NCBI GenBank assembly: GCA_036172245.1
Contig: JAYWIR010000001.1
Coordinates: forward strand, 2,418,001 to 2,482,000
From: Raillietiella orientalis
Taxonomy: Eukaryota
Direction: 5' to 3'
Length of the DNA: 64,000 nucleotides
A program made the translations under genes and the position numbers. Shown piece by piece: positions 1-12,759 of this stretch. Numbering within the stretch: position 1 is the first letter of the stretch; every line of letters begins with the position of its first letter. The notes under the pieces were generated by a model. That model worked only from the letters and a program-made list of their open reading frames with translations. It was not told where the DNA came from and searched no databases.

Positions 1-87
1 AAAAACAATAACTCTACACGGTTTCCTTAAAAGAAGTCTGTTCCCTCGGCAGCAGCATCCTTCCATGACAACGAATCAAGCTAGAAG

Positions 88-170
88 GAGACAGATATAT
101 CCTTATAGAGACAGATATTCTTTAGATAGACAGATATTCCTTAGATGGAAAGATATTTCTTATAAAGACT
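88..170. repeat. Short degenerate tandem repeat (~19-20 bp unit, AGACAGATATTCCTTAGAT-like, ~4 copies)
   Basis: Repeated agacagatat...ttagat units are directly visible. Confidence 0.6.
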
Positions 171-1849
171 ATCCTTCGTGCGAAATATTCATTGTTTCTT
201 CTCATTTAGATGTGCACCACCAAATACAGTATCTGCAGATCACAGAAACAGATATCGAAACGTGAAGTTTCCTGCAATCACAATGCTCTGTTTCTTCATA
301 TCGGAAGCATATGGGCTCCCGGATGAAAAGCGATTCCTTGTTTTTCCTACTTTCAAACATGACATCACCATGAAAAGCATAGTGCTAATGCCTGCTTTTG
401 AAGGAGCACATCCTTGTGTCCAGTAGCATTTCTTTCATCCATCGAATTCTGATTTCTGGTCTAGACCGACGTACAGTGGGTGGACAAAACAGCAGCTTCA
501 CCGAAACGGAAGCAGTGCACTAGAGTTTTCAAACACAGAGGTTTGTTGCTCGGTTTTGTAGCATCCGCAAATCTTGAATATCGTTTATAAATTATCATCG
601 TTTCTTAGCAAGAAAGAGGAATGCATTCCTATTAACCACAAAGATTAGCGAACAGCTTCCATGCCCTGGCTGCTAATTCAACACAAGCACCTCACTGAAG
701 TCGTACACGGAGCGCAAGCTTGTCTGTCGGTGCTTTCCTTATTTTCATCCTCTGAAAACAACATGAACCAACTTCCAGCGTGGTCTTAAACAGAGGTCCT
801 GATTGGAAGAGATCCTCTTGTCAACAACCACCATGTTTTGTTACTGCACCAACAGCGTATAGAATTCTGGCATTGTATTTCTAGATACATCGATTCTACT
901 GCACACTTGTTAAAGGGAATCCAATAGTCTGGAACGTTAAGGCCATGACTGAAATCTGTGGCGCACTTAATGGCATTCTTTTCACTTTGGCGCGAATCTG
1001 ATGAAAGGTAAAGAAGCTCCTGGTGCACGCTCCGAACGAATTTCTTTTCAATGAGTGCTGCAATTGAAATAGGAATGGGGGAGGGGGGAGTGCGTATCCA
1101 ACGTGAAGATTTGGAGCAAATCAGAGTGTTTGGAATTTTTTTCTGGCTTTTGCGAGCATGCTTGAAAACGTAGATGAGGATAAGTTAGGACAAGATTGGA
1201 CTTAAACCACACTTCCAAGTGCCACATGCATCCTCGGATAGAACGTTCGTGGAAAGAACGACGCTTCTAACAGCGGTAGCAGTTGAGGTCACATTCAGTG
1301 CATGGAATGGAAGATGCCATGTAGGTGGCTACCTCCTTCCGGTCAGCCCGCATCCGTCTCCTGCCGAGATGCAAGTGCCATCAACAACCAATGTCCGATC
1401 ACCTTCGGGAGTCGTGGCGCTTGCGAAACTGCAGGTCATACCGTTGGACTGTCGCGGGCACAGGTGAGCTTTATACCGTTGATGATTGGGGCCGCTGCCA
1501 TGGAAGTCTTGCTCAGTACGAGAAAAGATTGCAGGTTGGGACATTTTGTACCCGCCTTCTCGGTCAAACGGTCAGCGGAGAGAAGTCTCCATCTTCCGCA
1601 GGTGTGCCCGAATGTGCCTCCCAGGAAGAGTGCGTCCTCGTCGAGAGCAGCGGTACCTTCGCACCCTCAGGCGTCGTACGGGCAGGTCAGGCGTGCTAGG
1701 GCGTTTCTTTCTTTCGTCCTTCCAGGATACCCCATAGCTCCAACTAGCGAAAACCCGGTGTCCCTTTGGGCAGCGCGCAGAACGTCCTCACGAAGCAACT
1801 CAGCCCATGGACGCGTGCGCGTTTCCTCCAGAGCAATCCGGCGCGCCAT

Positions 1850-2750
1850 CGAGCATCTTGTGTGGCGAACAAGGTGTAGAATTGTGCATGCGTGCAACCG
1901 GGGTGCGTTACTTAGAGGAGCAGCTGCCACACTGTGGTGCATCGACGCTAAGTCCTTCTGGTCGAGGATTTGTGAGAAAACTTCCGGTCATGCGCTCAAG
2001 GCAGGTTGCACTCAGGTGGTGCTGCTCCTGAAAGGAACCTCAACATGCACAAGGAACAGGATGTCATCTGTTCTCTGCGCGGACCTGGATTTGGGCTGCA
2101 GAAGAAAGCCACAAGCTCTTGACTTTAGGGTGAGAAAAGTCCAGAAGGACCCAGAGGTCAGAGAGCGAAGCAGTGATCCCTCTCACATGCATCAGAAGAC
2201 GACATATTCAAAAACCAGGTGCGGGAAGGCTTTCCCTTCACCGCACTGGGAGGAATCTGGAGCATTGCTGACCTCCTGTCCCGTAGTGAAGCCATGTGTT
2301 GCACGGAAGGGTCCAACGCAGAAGTGACAACGTTCTGTCTTGCCATTCTAGAGAAAGTGTGAAGCTGTCCAAAAACACCACGGGCGGATCATCACTTGAT
2401 CCAAGGGGACTCCCGGGAGAATGGCGGGGGTCGAAGACTCACCTCGCCGGTTTCCAGTAGTGTATTTTCTTTTTCTCCCTGCAATTTCTCAAAGTCGTCT
2501 CCAGCTCAGGGTTCCGGCTGGCTGCCGTCGCGGTTCTCGCGTTGCTCAAGCAGCTGACCATCTGCTAAAGGCGATGTCTCAACCGTGTCAGTGGCAACAA
2601 ACAGGGAAGAACGCTGGTCTCTCGGAGTTGAAACCCAATGCAGAGGCTCCAGAAGGAGTGGTAGGAAATCCCTTCCTGCCACTCCCTTATTCCAGGCACA
2701 AAGATCATTTCTTTCTTCATTTTTTTTTTTATTTTTACTCCTCACCATGC
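1850..2750 (-). mobile_element. Degenerate non-LTR (L1-like) retrotransposon ORF2 C-terminal remnant
   Basis: Minus-strand translation near 2200-2350 gives QCGEGKAFPHLVFEY, resembling the C-terminal CxxC...HLxxxC knuckle of L1-type ORF2. Heavily frameshifted. Confidence 0.35.
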
Positions 2751-4789
2751 GTTCTGGGGGAACGTTTAAAGCCCCTCAAGGTGCCCTCTAAGAGCAGCAG
2801 TGGTGCAAACAACCCCTGCCGCTCAGTCCTTGGAGAACATCCAACACCAGCAACAGGCGAGGGAACAATTCCAACGTCCCTCACTGGGAAAAGTTCGAGG
2901 ATACTAATTTTACGGAAACGGGGTTTCGGTGCACCGGATACCCTGGGAACCCCGGTGCAGCAAGAGTGCTACCTTGCGTTGGAAAAAAAGGGCGTTTCCG
3001 AAACTCTCATCAGGGGGCGCGAACTGCTGATTTTCTGTGGAGAAACTCGGGATTCTTCCCATCGAAGCAGTCCATTGGCTTCGGAACGCAAGCGCCGACA
3101 CCGTCCGCCAGCTCTCATGCTGCCTAGCTGCGGAGGAGTTTGGCTATTCCCTCAGTCGGGCAGGAGAACTCCCGTCTCGCCAATTGGCAGCTGTCGCCGC
3201 GTTTCTCTCGAAAGCTGCAATAAGGGACGCCACGTTCATCTGAGTTCGTCCGAACGCGCGAAACCTCTAGTGGAGATGCCCCATCTGTCCCATGTCCCAA
3301 TACATTCTTCGACGGGAAAACAAAGCAGCGGAAACTTTATTCTTTCAAGCAAGGCTCCGTCGGTTAGGCCGAAGAGCAGAGCAGCGAAGCAGCAGCCTCC
3401 GTAGGAACCTGCTGATCCTCCTCCTGGAGGTAGTCATCCGGGACGCCAGGGAGCTGTAACGGAGAACCTGGCCGTCGCCCGCGCCGCTGCAGTCTTCCAC
3501 GCTGGCCTACGAGTCGGAGCGGCTGCGGACCGCCGTCCCGCGGCCGCTGTTCTCTGCAGCCAAAGTGCCACGGTCTCCGCCGTCAAAGCCGCCCAACAGG
3601 TATTTTTGGGTAGACGGCAAATATCGTGGCTGCCCTGCACCTGCCGTCAGAGGAACATCGTTTGAATGACCGGGAAATGCATTAGGCCCCAATTCGGCGC
3701 AGGAACACCATCGTTACTCTTGTCGAGTCCCACCTGGGGTCCACACACGGTTGTTCACAATGAAAGCAATCGGGAATGAGGAACGGAAGGCTGATGCCCG
3801 ACGGGAAAGGGAGCGCTGTTCACTGATCCTAGTGCGCCGCCACTTCCAGCTGCCACCATGCTTCTGAGGGCGCCGACACTTCATGCTGCACTCACGGATC
3901 CGCAATCTGTTGCGAATTTGACTGCCGCGCTGCTGTCCGAGTGGGGCTCTCGTCGCCGCTCAACAAAGATTCGGAGGTGGAGAACGTAGTTCAGGGCTCG
4001 TGAAGTGAAACCTCCCATGGCTGCTGCTTTTCCCAGGCGCCTCCGTCTCAGGGAAACCCGCTGGCGGGCGACTCCATCGCCTCCGGAATCGTCACAATGT
4101 GTCGCCACAATTGCAGGAGTCAAGAAACGCCTCCAGGGCTGCAAGACAAGCAAGTTGGTGAACAGCGACACTCGCTGTATTCGGGTAAAGGAACTCTTTT
4201 GATGGAATGACCTACAGGGCGTGCTTTCCAAAGAACTCGTTATCCTTTGTGCATGAACACACTTCTGTGTCCCCCTCGGAGTAAGAACAGGATATTCTAC
4301 TGTTTCTGCGCCAGGGTCTCCAGAGCACCAGCGACCACGGTATAAACTTGACTTCCGAGGGAATTGTACCCCCAACCACTTAAACTTCGGGAAGATGAGA
4401 TCAATCCTGCCTGCTGTGCCCTTCGGGAACTTTGGCGGAGGCTGGGCTCAGCGCTTTTTTACACTCAAGAAACTGTTTAGGACTTGCTGTAGCGATTCTT
4501 TGACAGAGGCAAAGTCACGACAGACGTCGTGATTGCGAGGAAGAGCGGCATCCGTGCCATCATCACAGCCTCCATTTGTTAAGGTTCCGGACGAGCGGAG
4601 GATGCTCATGTATCTCAGCCGTCTACATGAGGATGGCTACTTGGTGAGAACTGCCACCAGTCTCGAATCGTCGTTCAGGGCCTCCGGAGGATCCATGTTT
4701 ACGTCTCTCTTGGAACGAGAAAGAGACAAAGAACCACCGAAGCTCTTCTTCCTAAACGTTTTCGTAGCGCGGAGCTCCTTTTAGAAGGT

Positions 4790-7200
4790 GAGTCCACACC
4801 AGTGCCTTCTGGCTCTTCCAAATGGCTGGACCTTTATTCGCTCTCCTTGTTTGCCAGTAAAGGCTGACATCGAACCACTCGAGTAGCCACAAGCGGCCAC
4901 TTTGCATGGCTTACGGCAGATCCCAGTTGTCGCGTTGTCCATAGTTTGCACGGAAAATTCTAGAGACCTCATCCTGTCCCACCGTCTCCTATTGAGCAGC
5001 ACAACTGTACGACGACAAAGTATTTTTTTCTGCAGCTGCTCGAATATCCATCATCCAAGTCTCTTCCATCCGATAGCAATCCTGCTGTAAAACACCTTTG
5101 AAAGGAGCACTTCATCCCAGAAGTCTAGCTCTACTGACACGGGTGTGTTTTGCAGCGTCTGGATTGTGAACCGCAGTAAGAGATGATCCGACAAGGTGGT
5201 CCGCGTGGTCGGAATCATGTCGAACGCCTTCCCTCTTTGGACTGGCCAAAGAGGGGAAGACGTTAGGGAACTTAAAGATTTTAAGTTTTCTGAGAATATT
5301 GTTGCGAAAAAGGGTATGAAAAATTCATTAATCTCGCTGGATGAGAAGATTTTGCTGAGGAAAACGTCCAAAAAAAAAAAAAAAAAACGTCCATTATTGA
5401 GACTGTTTTTCCTTGTTGCGGAACACATGATCTGCGGGTTCGTGGCCCCCTGTGTACCATCTCTCGGAACGGATATTTTCGAATCTCTCGAGCAGCTGCT
5501 GCCAATGAGTCCTTCTTCCTCGGGCATCCTTGGACTGGATGATGTTCTCCGAGATATTGAAATCACCCTTCACAGCGGCGATATCCCTGGGTGCGACTGC
5601 TGCGCAGGTAAGCACCGGTGTTCCTTTATGCGTGGTCTGCACACTTTTACCAGAAAAAGGTGGACGCTTTCGATCTCGTGACGCATATGAAGGGTTTTTT
5701 TGCAGGCTTCTTAGTTCCCGTGATCTATCTCCTTTTGTTCTTGTTCTACAACCTGTTGTTGATCGAGCAATTTTCATGTTTCTGGTTGTCAACAGAAAAA
5801 ATTTATCTGGAGGGCTTGCTCTTTTGCGCTCTTGTTTAGGAGACCAGTTCCTTCCTCCTTCCTATCCCCCTCCTCCCCCAGAAGATGTGTGTTCTACCCC
5901 TACGCCTCCTTAGGAATCCATGTAATTTGTACCGTCTGTGATAAGATGACCTTGGTATTGAGCTCTGTTTGTCCTTTCTTGCTCACTACCTCCCCGCATT
6001 TGATCTCCACTTCCGGGATCTCCAGCTGGAGGCAATACTGAACAAAGTTCACACAAGATATTCGCCTGTTTCTTGCTGTATGTGTGCAATCGAACTTCCA
6101 CTTTCTTTTGTTCCATCTGTTGTTTTTATTCCTTTGTTTTTTCTGGTTTCTGGCTAAACGTGGGCTTCCTGGCTATGCTCTGGAACTCCGAGGATTGTTG
6201 TGTCTCCTGTCTGTGCTTACTTTCACACTTCTTTCTGTTGGCTTCCAAGAAACTGGCTGCTGTGGTAGCTGCTATCCCCTACGGAGAGAACTCAAGCTCT
6301 GAGTTCTCAGCACTTTTTTCTTCTGAGTTCTCCCTGCTGGATTCTTATGAGCTTAAAAGGGAAATCCTGCATCTCCCACCAAGTGCTCTTGTTGGTCAGA
6401 TCAGTAGCATGCTTCCCTGGAAAAGGCCTTGAGTCGGTGTCCCAAACTCTGGCAACCAATGCACAGCACTGGTTGCTGTCAGTAGCTTCTCAATACTCCT
6501 GGGACTGCTTGTGGATGTTTGCCATTCCTGGAACTTAGCATGCTCATCCATTTTTATTAGGACCACACCTTTTCCCCCAAACACCTCGTGCATATGCTTT
6601 CCACATGTTTCACTCCAGGAGATTTCATCCTTTTGGTGTGGATGCTGTTCTTAGTGATGTATGTTGTTGTGATGGAGGAATTGCCAATCCTAACACCAGA
6701 CGCAGCAGAAGATGGTTCGATGTGATGAGCTGCAGAACTGAAAGCATTGATCAGCTAGCTGTGTGGGTCATAAATGCACCGGCGCACGAAATCCGAGATT
6801 GAATCCTATCAAAGTCGCATTCCTATAGAACTCTCGAGGTTGCTGATCCTTAGTGTGTGTGCGATCTTGGAAGTCGCCACCTTGATCTCAGAGCTTAAGT
6901 CAGAATTATCCAATTGGGAACTGCAAACGAGCACGGCTGAAAACTACACCCGACTGTTGTCTTCTTTCACTTTCTCCTTCATCCTTGTTCAGCTAATGGT
7001 CGAGAGATTGCAATCTAGTTCAGATGCAAGTTTACATATTTATTCGTCGACACAATCGATCAGTGGTCTCTCATGTCTGCTTGCTAATCTTCTTGCGCGA
7101 ATTTTGGTGCTGTCTCCTTGGACGCAGATCACGAATTGCAGCTTAATCAGAATACTGTTCTTTTGAGATGAACCTAAGCTAACCTTAACCTAATTTGAGC
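4790..7200 (-). mobile_element. Degenerate LINE 5' half: ORF1-like region plus APE endonuclease
   Basis: Frameshifted APE start (NMKIA.IN) near 5780 and APE terminal motif TLSDHLLLRF near 5170-5200. Upstream is a coiled-coil-like ORF1 remnant (LRISNLE near 6830). Confidence 0.5.
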
Positions 7201-8975
7201 TGACAAGAAGGAGATAAGGTGTGTAAAGCAGACAAAAGATCTCATAATGAATTACAGCTTTGATCAGACTACTTTTCTTTTGAGAGGCTCCGCTTTAGTG
7301 TCAGTCTAGAATTTCAACGTGCGCAATGAAACGCACGTGCACTTGTGCAGCAGACCCTTCAGTTGATTCGATGCTACTTGTCAGCATCACACTCATGAGT
7401 AGGCCACATTCGATATGACCGTTTGCGGTCCTCCTCGTTCGGGCGTTTTTGAATGGTCTTCCTAATCCTAGCTTCAACATATCAGAAAGGTCATCACTCT
7501 GGGATTTCATGGAGAAGTTCGTTGGGAGCCAACACTACCGATTTGTGCTGATCTCAGTCAACCTTGGCTGTAATCGCTGGAGTCATCCCTTTCTAAGAAG
7601 CCTCAATGCACCAAGGGCTTACAAACAGTGACAACTGGGACCAGATTAAGTTAAAGCTGTCCAGACAACAGGACCACCGCAATAAGAGTCAAGAGAGAAA
7701 AAGCTGTTTTGCACCCAGGCATCTTCCGCCATGGGCCCACACGGCTGCCTCAACCTCCCTCCGGAAACATAAACGTTTCTTCTCCCGCAGAAAACAACTA
7801 CAACAACAACATGGTCGCGGTTGACACAAGCTTGCTGGCAGACTCGTTTGCAGACACTGTCCTTGAGCATTGGGCATGGGATGCAGTATTCAAGAGCCGG
7901 GTATTCCATAGCGGTGGAACCGAAGAGTAGCCTCGAAACGATCGGCATGTTGTGGATGGGGAGAATGGAGGACTTAGTTCACTAGTTCACTAGTCACTAA
8001 GTTCATTAGTTCACTTCTTTCTGGTGGACGTGTTAGGACCACACCGAGGGGAAAACCGGCGTGCAGAGGCAGTACAGAGCCCTTTTGTGCTGAGAGGCCA
8101 CAACGAAGGACATCATGGGTGAACTTAGCGCTTTGAACATCATCTCCCATCGTGCCGATGCCCGAAGCAGTGTCGGCAACTGTCCGAAAAGTTCGTACTG
8201 CTGTGGTTATCTGCTTGTCACAAGCCGATCAATTACTTCCTGTACAGCCAAGAACTCGTAACTGCATCCAGGAATTGCCGACATGCAGACCACCCCATGG
8301 TGCGGTCCGCCCTGGAAACCGCAAACTGTCGGAAACAAACAGCCACAGGGGCAGTACTACAAACCATGCGCTCGCATGGTTCTCAATCCTTCTCAGCCAT
8401 CAGCAAATCGTCGAAACGATCTTGTGGGAAACCACCGTCCGCTATGTCGACAGTTGGGACAGGCTGAAGGACACGGTCCACGTGTTCTGCAATCTGCGGT
8501 TTGGATGCAGGAAGATGAAGCAAGAAATGCTTCTAGAGCTCAGCATCAAAGATCGCTCTCTTTCGAGATACTAGGAATAGTACAAGAGGTGGTAGGTCTT
8601 CCGCAACGTAAAAATGAAATGGGTATTCAGGAAAAGAAGAATATCGTTACCGATATATTGGAATAGATTTCGGACAGAAGATTCGGCGCATGACGCAACA
8701 AATAACGGAGACGTTTCAAAGTCATCACGCCACCTTCTTCCGACCTTAAGATCTGTGTCCGGTGGTGCAGCAAGCCATCCTGCAACACCTGCTGTGAAAA
8801 ATGAAGCGTACACAAAAAGAACTAAGCGCAGGCATATATGTCGAGGAATTCAAGGAAAAGTTAGCAGAACTGCCCAAAGACTGCTATCCCTCACTACCAG
8901 AGGCAGCTACATGCCTACTTTTGCACATTTCACGAAGCGACCGCTAAAATTCGAGGGAAAAAAAAGATTCCGTGG

Positions 8976-9136
8976 TCAGCTCAGCAAGTGGCGCTTTGCC
9001 TGTTGAGGAAATAAGGAGGAGAAACAGCTGGTTCGGTAAGTTGTGGTTGGTGGTCCAAGTGTCGAAATAAGACGGCACCTATCTCGCACTACTTGGAGCA
9101 GCTGCACGCCTACCTCATCCGTTACACGAGTCAATC
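8976..9136 (+). repeat. ~160 bp dispersed direct repeat, copy 1 (copy 2 at 12069-12229)
   Basis: tcagctcagcaagtggcgct...tgttgaggaaataagg...ttacacgagtcaatc occurs twice with scattered substitutions. Confidence 0.9.
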
Positions 9137-10029
9137 GGTGGGGGACCTCACCGGTCTGCACACCAATAACGCGGCAGTTTCGATCAGAAAGGATGGAGTT
9201 GAACCAGTGGTCCAAACAGAGAGACTGTAAGTGTTGATTTTATTCATAAATAAATACCCCACCGTACCCGGGTAATAATGCAACAGGAAAACTAGGCTAA
9301 TCTTTTAAACACTTCTTAAAATCTGTGGTTACAGTTCTTGCAAGTGTTTAATGAATTTACCCCACCGCTTTTCGAACCTGAAGAAATCGAGGAAAATGGA
9401 AGAACTTGTTGGTGGCAATCTCGAAAGACAGGCGATGGTCAGTTCGAGGGAAGAGATTCCGGAACCTTTGCTCGTTGACCGGAACGACCGTTGTCCGGAC
9501 CTCGGATCACGGCGGCTCGTTTCTACTGTAGGTTCAGCCGAAGTCGGCGCGAGAAGTTCTGTAGCGGCACGATGAGATGAAGACGCGAATGCCCTCCACG
9601 AAGAACGGAAGCTGTATGTAGGCGGATCCTTTTCTTCTCCTTTCTTCGACCTGGTTCGAGAAGAAAGGAAACCATGGAAATGCTCGTGCATACCTGACTC
9701 CATTCCGAAGGAGAAGCCAAGAAAAAAATTCCGCAAGTCGGAATGCAATCGCAAGGGGGTAACAGCAGAGGCTCTCAGGGCCACAACGCCGCGCTCGGAA
9801 ATTCCAGAAGGACTGGCGGCGGTTGGAAGACCGCAGGAGAGCCCAGCTGTGACTGGGAGCTCACGGACGCTAGGAGGGCGAACACGGGAATACTGAAGCC
9901 ACAAGGGTTCTTAGAGGTGCTCAAGCCAAGTGCCTGGGGTCACTTTCCGATGGGTCAGCACGGGAAGAAAATCCCGGCTCGTGCGGCACAGGTCAGCTCT
10001 GTAGAAGCCATGTATTTCTCCTCTTTCAG

Positions 10030-11462
10030 AGTAAGGGGATCGCCTGGGTCAAGCTGGACGGCCGCCAGGACCGAGCCAACATGTTCCAGTGGTTTTGCAA
10101 GCTGGCAGAGAGGCACTTCGAAAAGGTAGGAGCACCAGCCAGCTTTCCTGGCTTTCGCGAAACGGCGATAAGAGCACTTTCCATATGCGCGCTCACTGTC
10201 TCCTCTTCCTCGCTCGAAGGCCACTTGAAGCCGCCTTCGACGCCCTTCCGCCCGCTTTGGACCGACCTTAGCTCGCTGGCCTTCTTGCAGAAGCCGCAGT
10301 TCAAGAAGCGCAACAACGTGTCCGGCTCCAGGAACTGCAAACGCCTTCTGCCCCCGCAGGCACCTCTGCAGGGCGCACTTGAGCTCCCTTTGAGGAGAAC
10401 TAGTGTCCTAGTGAGGTCCTTATTTCTTCGGTACCTGCGAGCAGTGCCGCTCGGCTTTCCAGAGCATCCTGCAGGCCGCGACGGAGAACGAGACGGATGA
10501 TTGGCTGGAGAGAGTGCGGAAGCTGATCGGTCAGCTGTTCGAGCAAAGGACGAAACCGCCCGACTCGAGGTTAGTCTCTTGCATCTGCTTCCGGAGTCTC
10601 ATGCTTTGGTGACGCAGGACGAAGCCAGACGACAGCGAAATGCTCAACGGATACGCATGCTTCGAGGACCTTCGGAAGACTGTCCAGCCGTTCATGGAAG
10701 TTCCCGTGCGCCCTTGCGCCGCGGAGCAACTCGGAAAAGAGGTAAAGAGGTAGGGTCGGTTGGGATGTCGGAGAGGTGAGCGGCTGCAGGTACAGAGTCT
10801 CGCCATCGGCCCAACGGCGGAGGACAATTGACCCAGTCACACGCACCGCACATTAACCTTTCACCTTTCAGAGGCCCTGCGTGCTGACCCAGGCCTGCCT
10901 CATCGACAACTGCCTGCGAAGGTAAGCCGACTCTTTCGCGCGCCGTTTTACCTCAACGCCGCGCTCGTCTCTTGTGTCCGTTTCCAGAATCGAAGATATC
11001 ACGAAAGTCTTCGGGGATGTTGGAGAGAGGTTGAGGAAGCAAGACGTGCAAGGAAGGTAGGACTGGAGCGCAGGAACCGGGACCATGCGAGTGGCTCCCC
11101 CTGTTCTCTTACAGGTTCCTTACGGAAGAAACTTCGGGATCGCCGCACGATTATTTCGCGTTCCCTGCGGAGAGCTGCAAGGCGGACGAGAAGCAGGTGC
11201 GACCCTCTTCGCGTCGCCAAGAAGTGCCTTCCGGATTTCTCGCTTTTCTCTTCGTTTCAGCTTCCTTTCGAAGTCGGGTTGTTGCAGCGGAGGGAGGAAG
11301 AGGAAGGCTGCGAGTAAGCAGAAAGCTTGCGCTTGGGCGTGCATGCACTACCACCTCCCGCACGTGCGTTCCAGGCTCGGCCTGAAGGACTTCCTCGCAT
11401 CCCTGGCGGACCACATCGACAGCATTCAGTCCAGCATCGGCGAGGAGCGGTCGGCGTGCTGA
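10030..11462 (+). CDS. Multi-exon protein-coding gene of unknown function (5' end unresolved)
   Basis: Proposed exons 10030-10125, 10291-10410, 10463-10569, 10618-10741, 10872-10921, 10988-11056, 11115-11196, 11261-11313 and 11375-11462. GT-AG introns of 48-165 nt join them with consistent phases into one stop-free frame ending LGLKDFLASLADHIDSIQSSIGEERSAC*. An extra 3' exon ending at 11703 is possible. Confidence 0.65.
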
Positions 11463-12068
11463 GTGCAGCGTGGACCACTCCAAGAGGCGCCTCTACAATA
11501 CACGTCCTTCCCTTCCACGCGAGGTTTTTTTTTCTGTTGCTGTTCGCCTCTTTTGTCCGCCTCGGTCATCCCCTAACCCAACGCGAGATTCTGTTAGAGA
11601 AGGCGGAGAAGCAGGAAAGAGCGAACATGCACACCGAACAAAGCGGAAGCAGGTTCACAAAGACGCATGCATGCTGATGGCTAAAAGAGTGGCCCTGAAC
11701 TGAGAAGAAATAGAGCAGCCGCCTCTTCTTGCATCATTCAAGAAAGAAACGATGCGCATTAAGGTGTCCGTGCTCTTCTGGATGTGGAATCGAAAGCACC
11801 AGTTGGCAATTGCAGCATGGCTTGATGTAAAGGACGACTTTGGGAACATCCAGGTTCACGGCAAGGAGCTGCCACGAACCCTTCGCATGAAACAGAGGCT
11901 GTCTGTCGTTGCGAGGCGGGCTGTCAGAAATCTCTGTCTGTATGGGCGAATTCGGGCAGCGCGGAAGAAGGCGCAATTTTCGGATCGAGATGGCTGCGCC
12001 ATAAGGTTGATGAATTCCCGTCGCCGGTGTCAGGTTTGCACTGGTACCGTCGGGTTCGCAGCTCGCAA

Positions 12069-12229
12069 TCAGCTCAGCAAGTGGCGCTCTGCCTGTTGAG
12101 GAAATAAGGAGGGGGAACAGCTGGTTCGGTGGGTTGTGGTTGGTGGTCCAAGTGTCTCAATGAGACGGCACCTATCTCGCACTACCAGAAGCAGCTGCAC
12201 GCCTACCTCGTATATTACACGAGTCAATC
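12069..12229 (+). repeat. ~160 bp dispersed direct repeat, copy 2
   Basis: Direct match to 8976-9136. Confidence 0.9.
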
Positions 12230-12329
12230 AAGATTCGAAAAGGAAAGCACTTGCAGTGATTTCACGGTGAAACAAGATGCGGTCTTTTCCAAAAGCTGGC
12301 ACCCTCAAAAAATTCACGCAATGGCAGTC

Positions 12330-12720
12330 CTATCTATTTCTAGAATCGATGCTAAATGATCTGACAAAAATTTGGGCCAACCTTCTGAAGAAGGTCATAC
12401 CTTCGTCGATTTCTGCAACCCTGACAATTTGCTGGCCAGTGAACCTGAAATGGTGAGATCGCTCGACCACATGTTTTTCGATGAGCACCTGCATTGCCGA
12501 GCAAAGAGAAGATTGCCATCCGAAGTTTCCGGCCTTTACAGGTTGGAGTACCAGCTGCTCCCATCTGGTGAGGGACCTTCAATGAACGTCTGGAGGATGC
12601 CAGCGGGCTGGCTTAGCCATCCGGAGGCGGCGGAGCACCTCCGCGGCTTCGTCATCTGCGAGCTCGCTTCCCATTTGCTTGCGTTCCAGGCCTTGGCCTT
12701 TATTCCTTGGAACAAACATT
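12330..12720 (+). mobile_element. L1/Tx1-like LINE fragment (distal APE region)
   Basis: ORF 12372-12749 has RSLDHMFFD (APE xxLDxxF motif) followed by the W-R motif typical after the APE domain. Confidence 0.45.
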
Positions 12721-12759
12721 GGAGCAAACACTTGGAACAAACATTTTAGAAATCTCTAG

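Noticed and set aside
1302-3404. Long plus-strand ORFs (341 aa and 327 aa)
   Set aside because: No domain-like content; probably antisense shadows of GC-rich LINE remnants.
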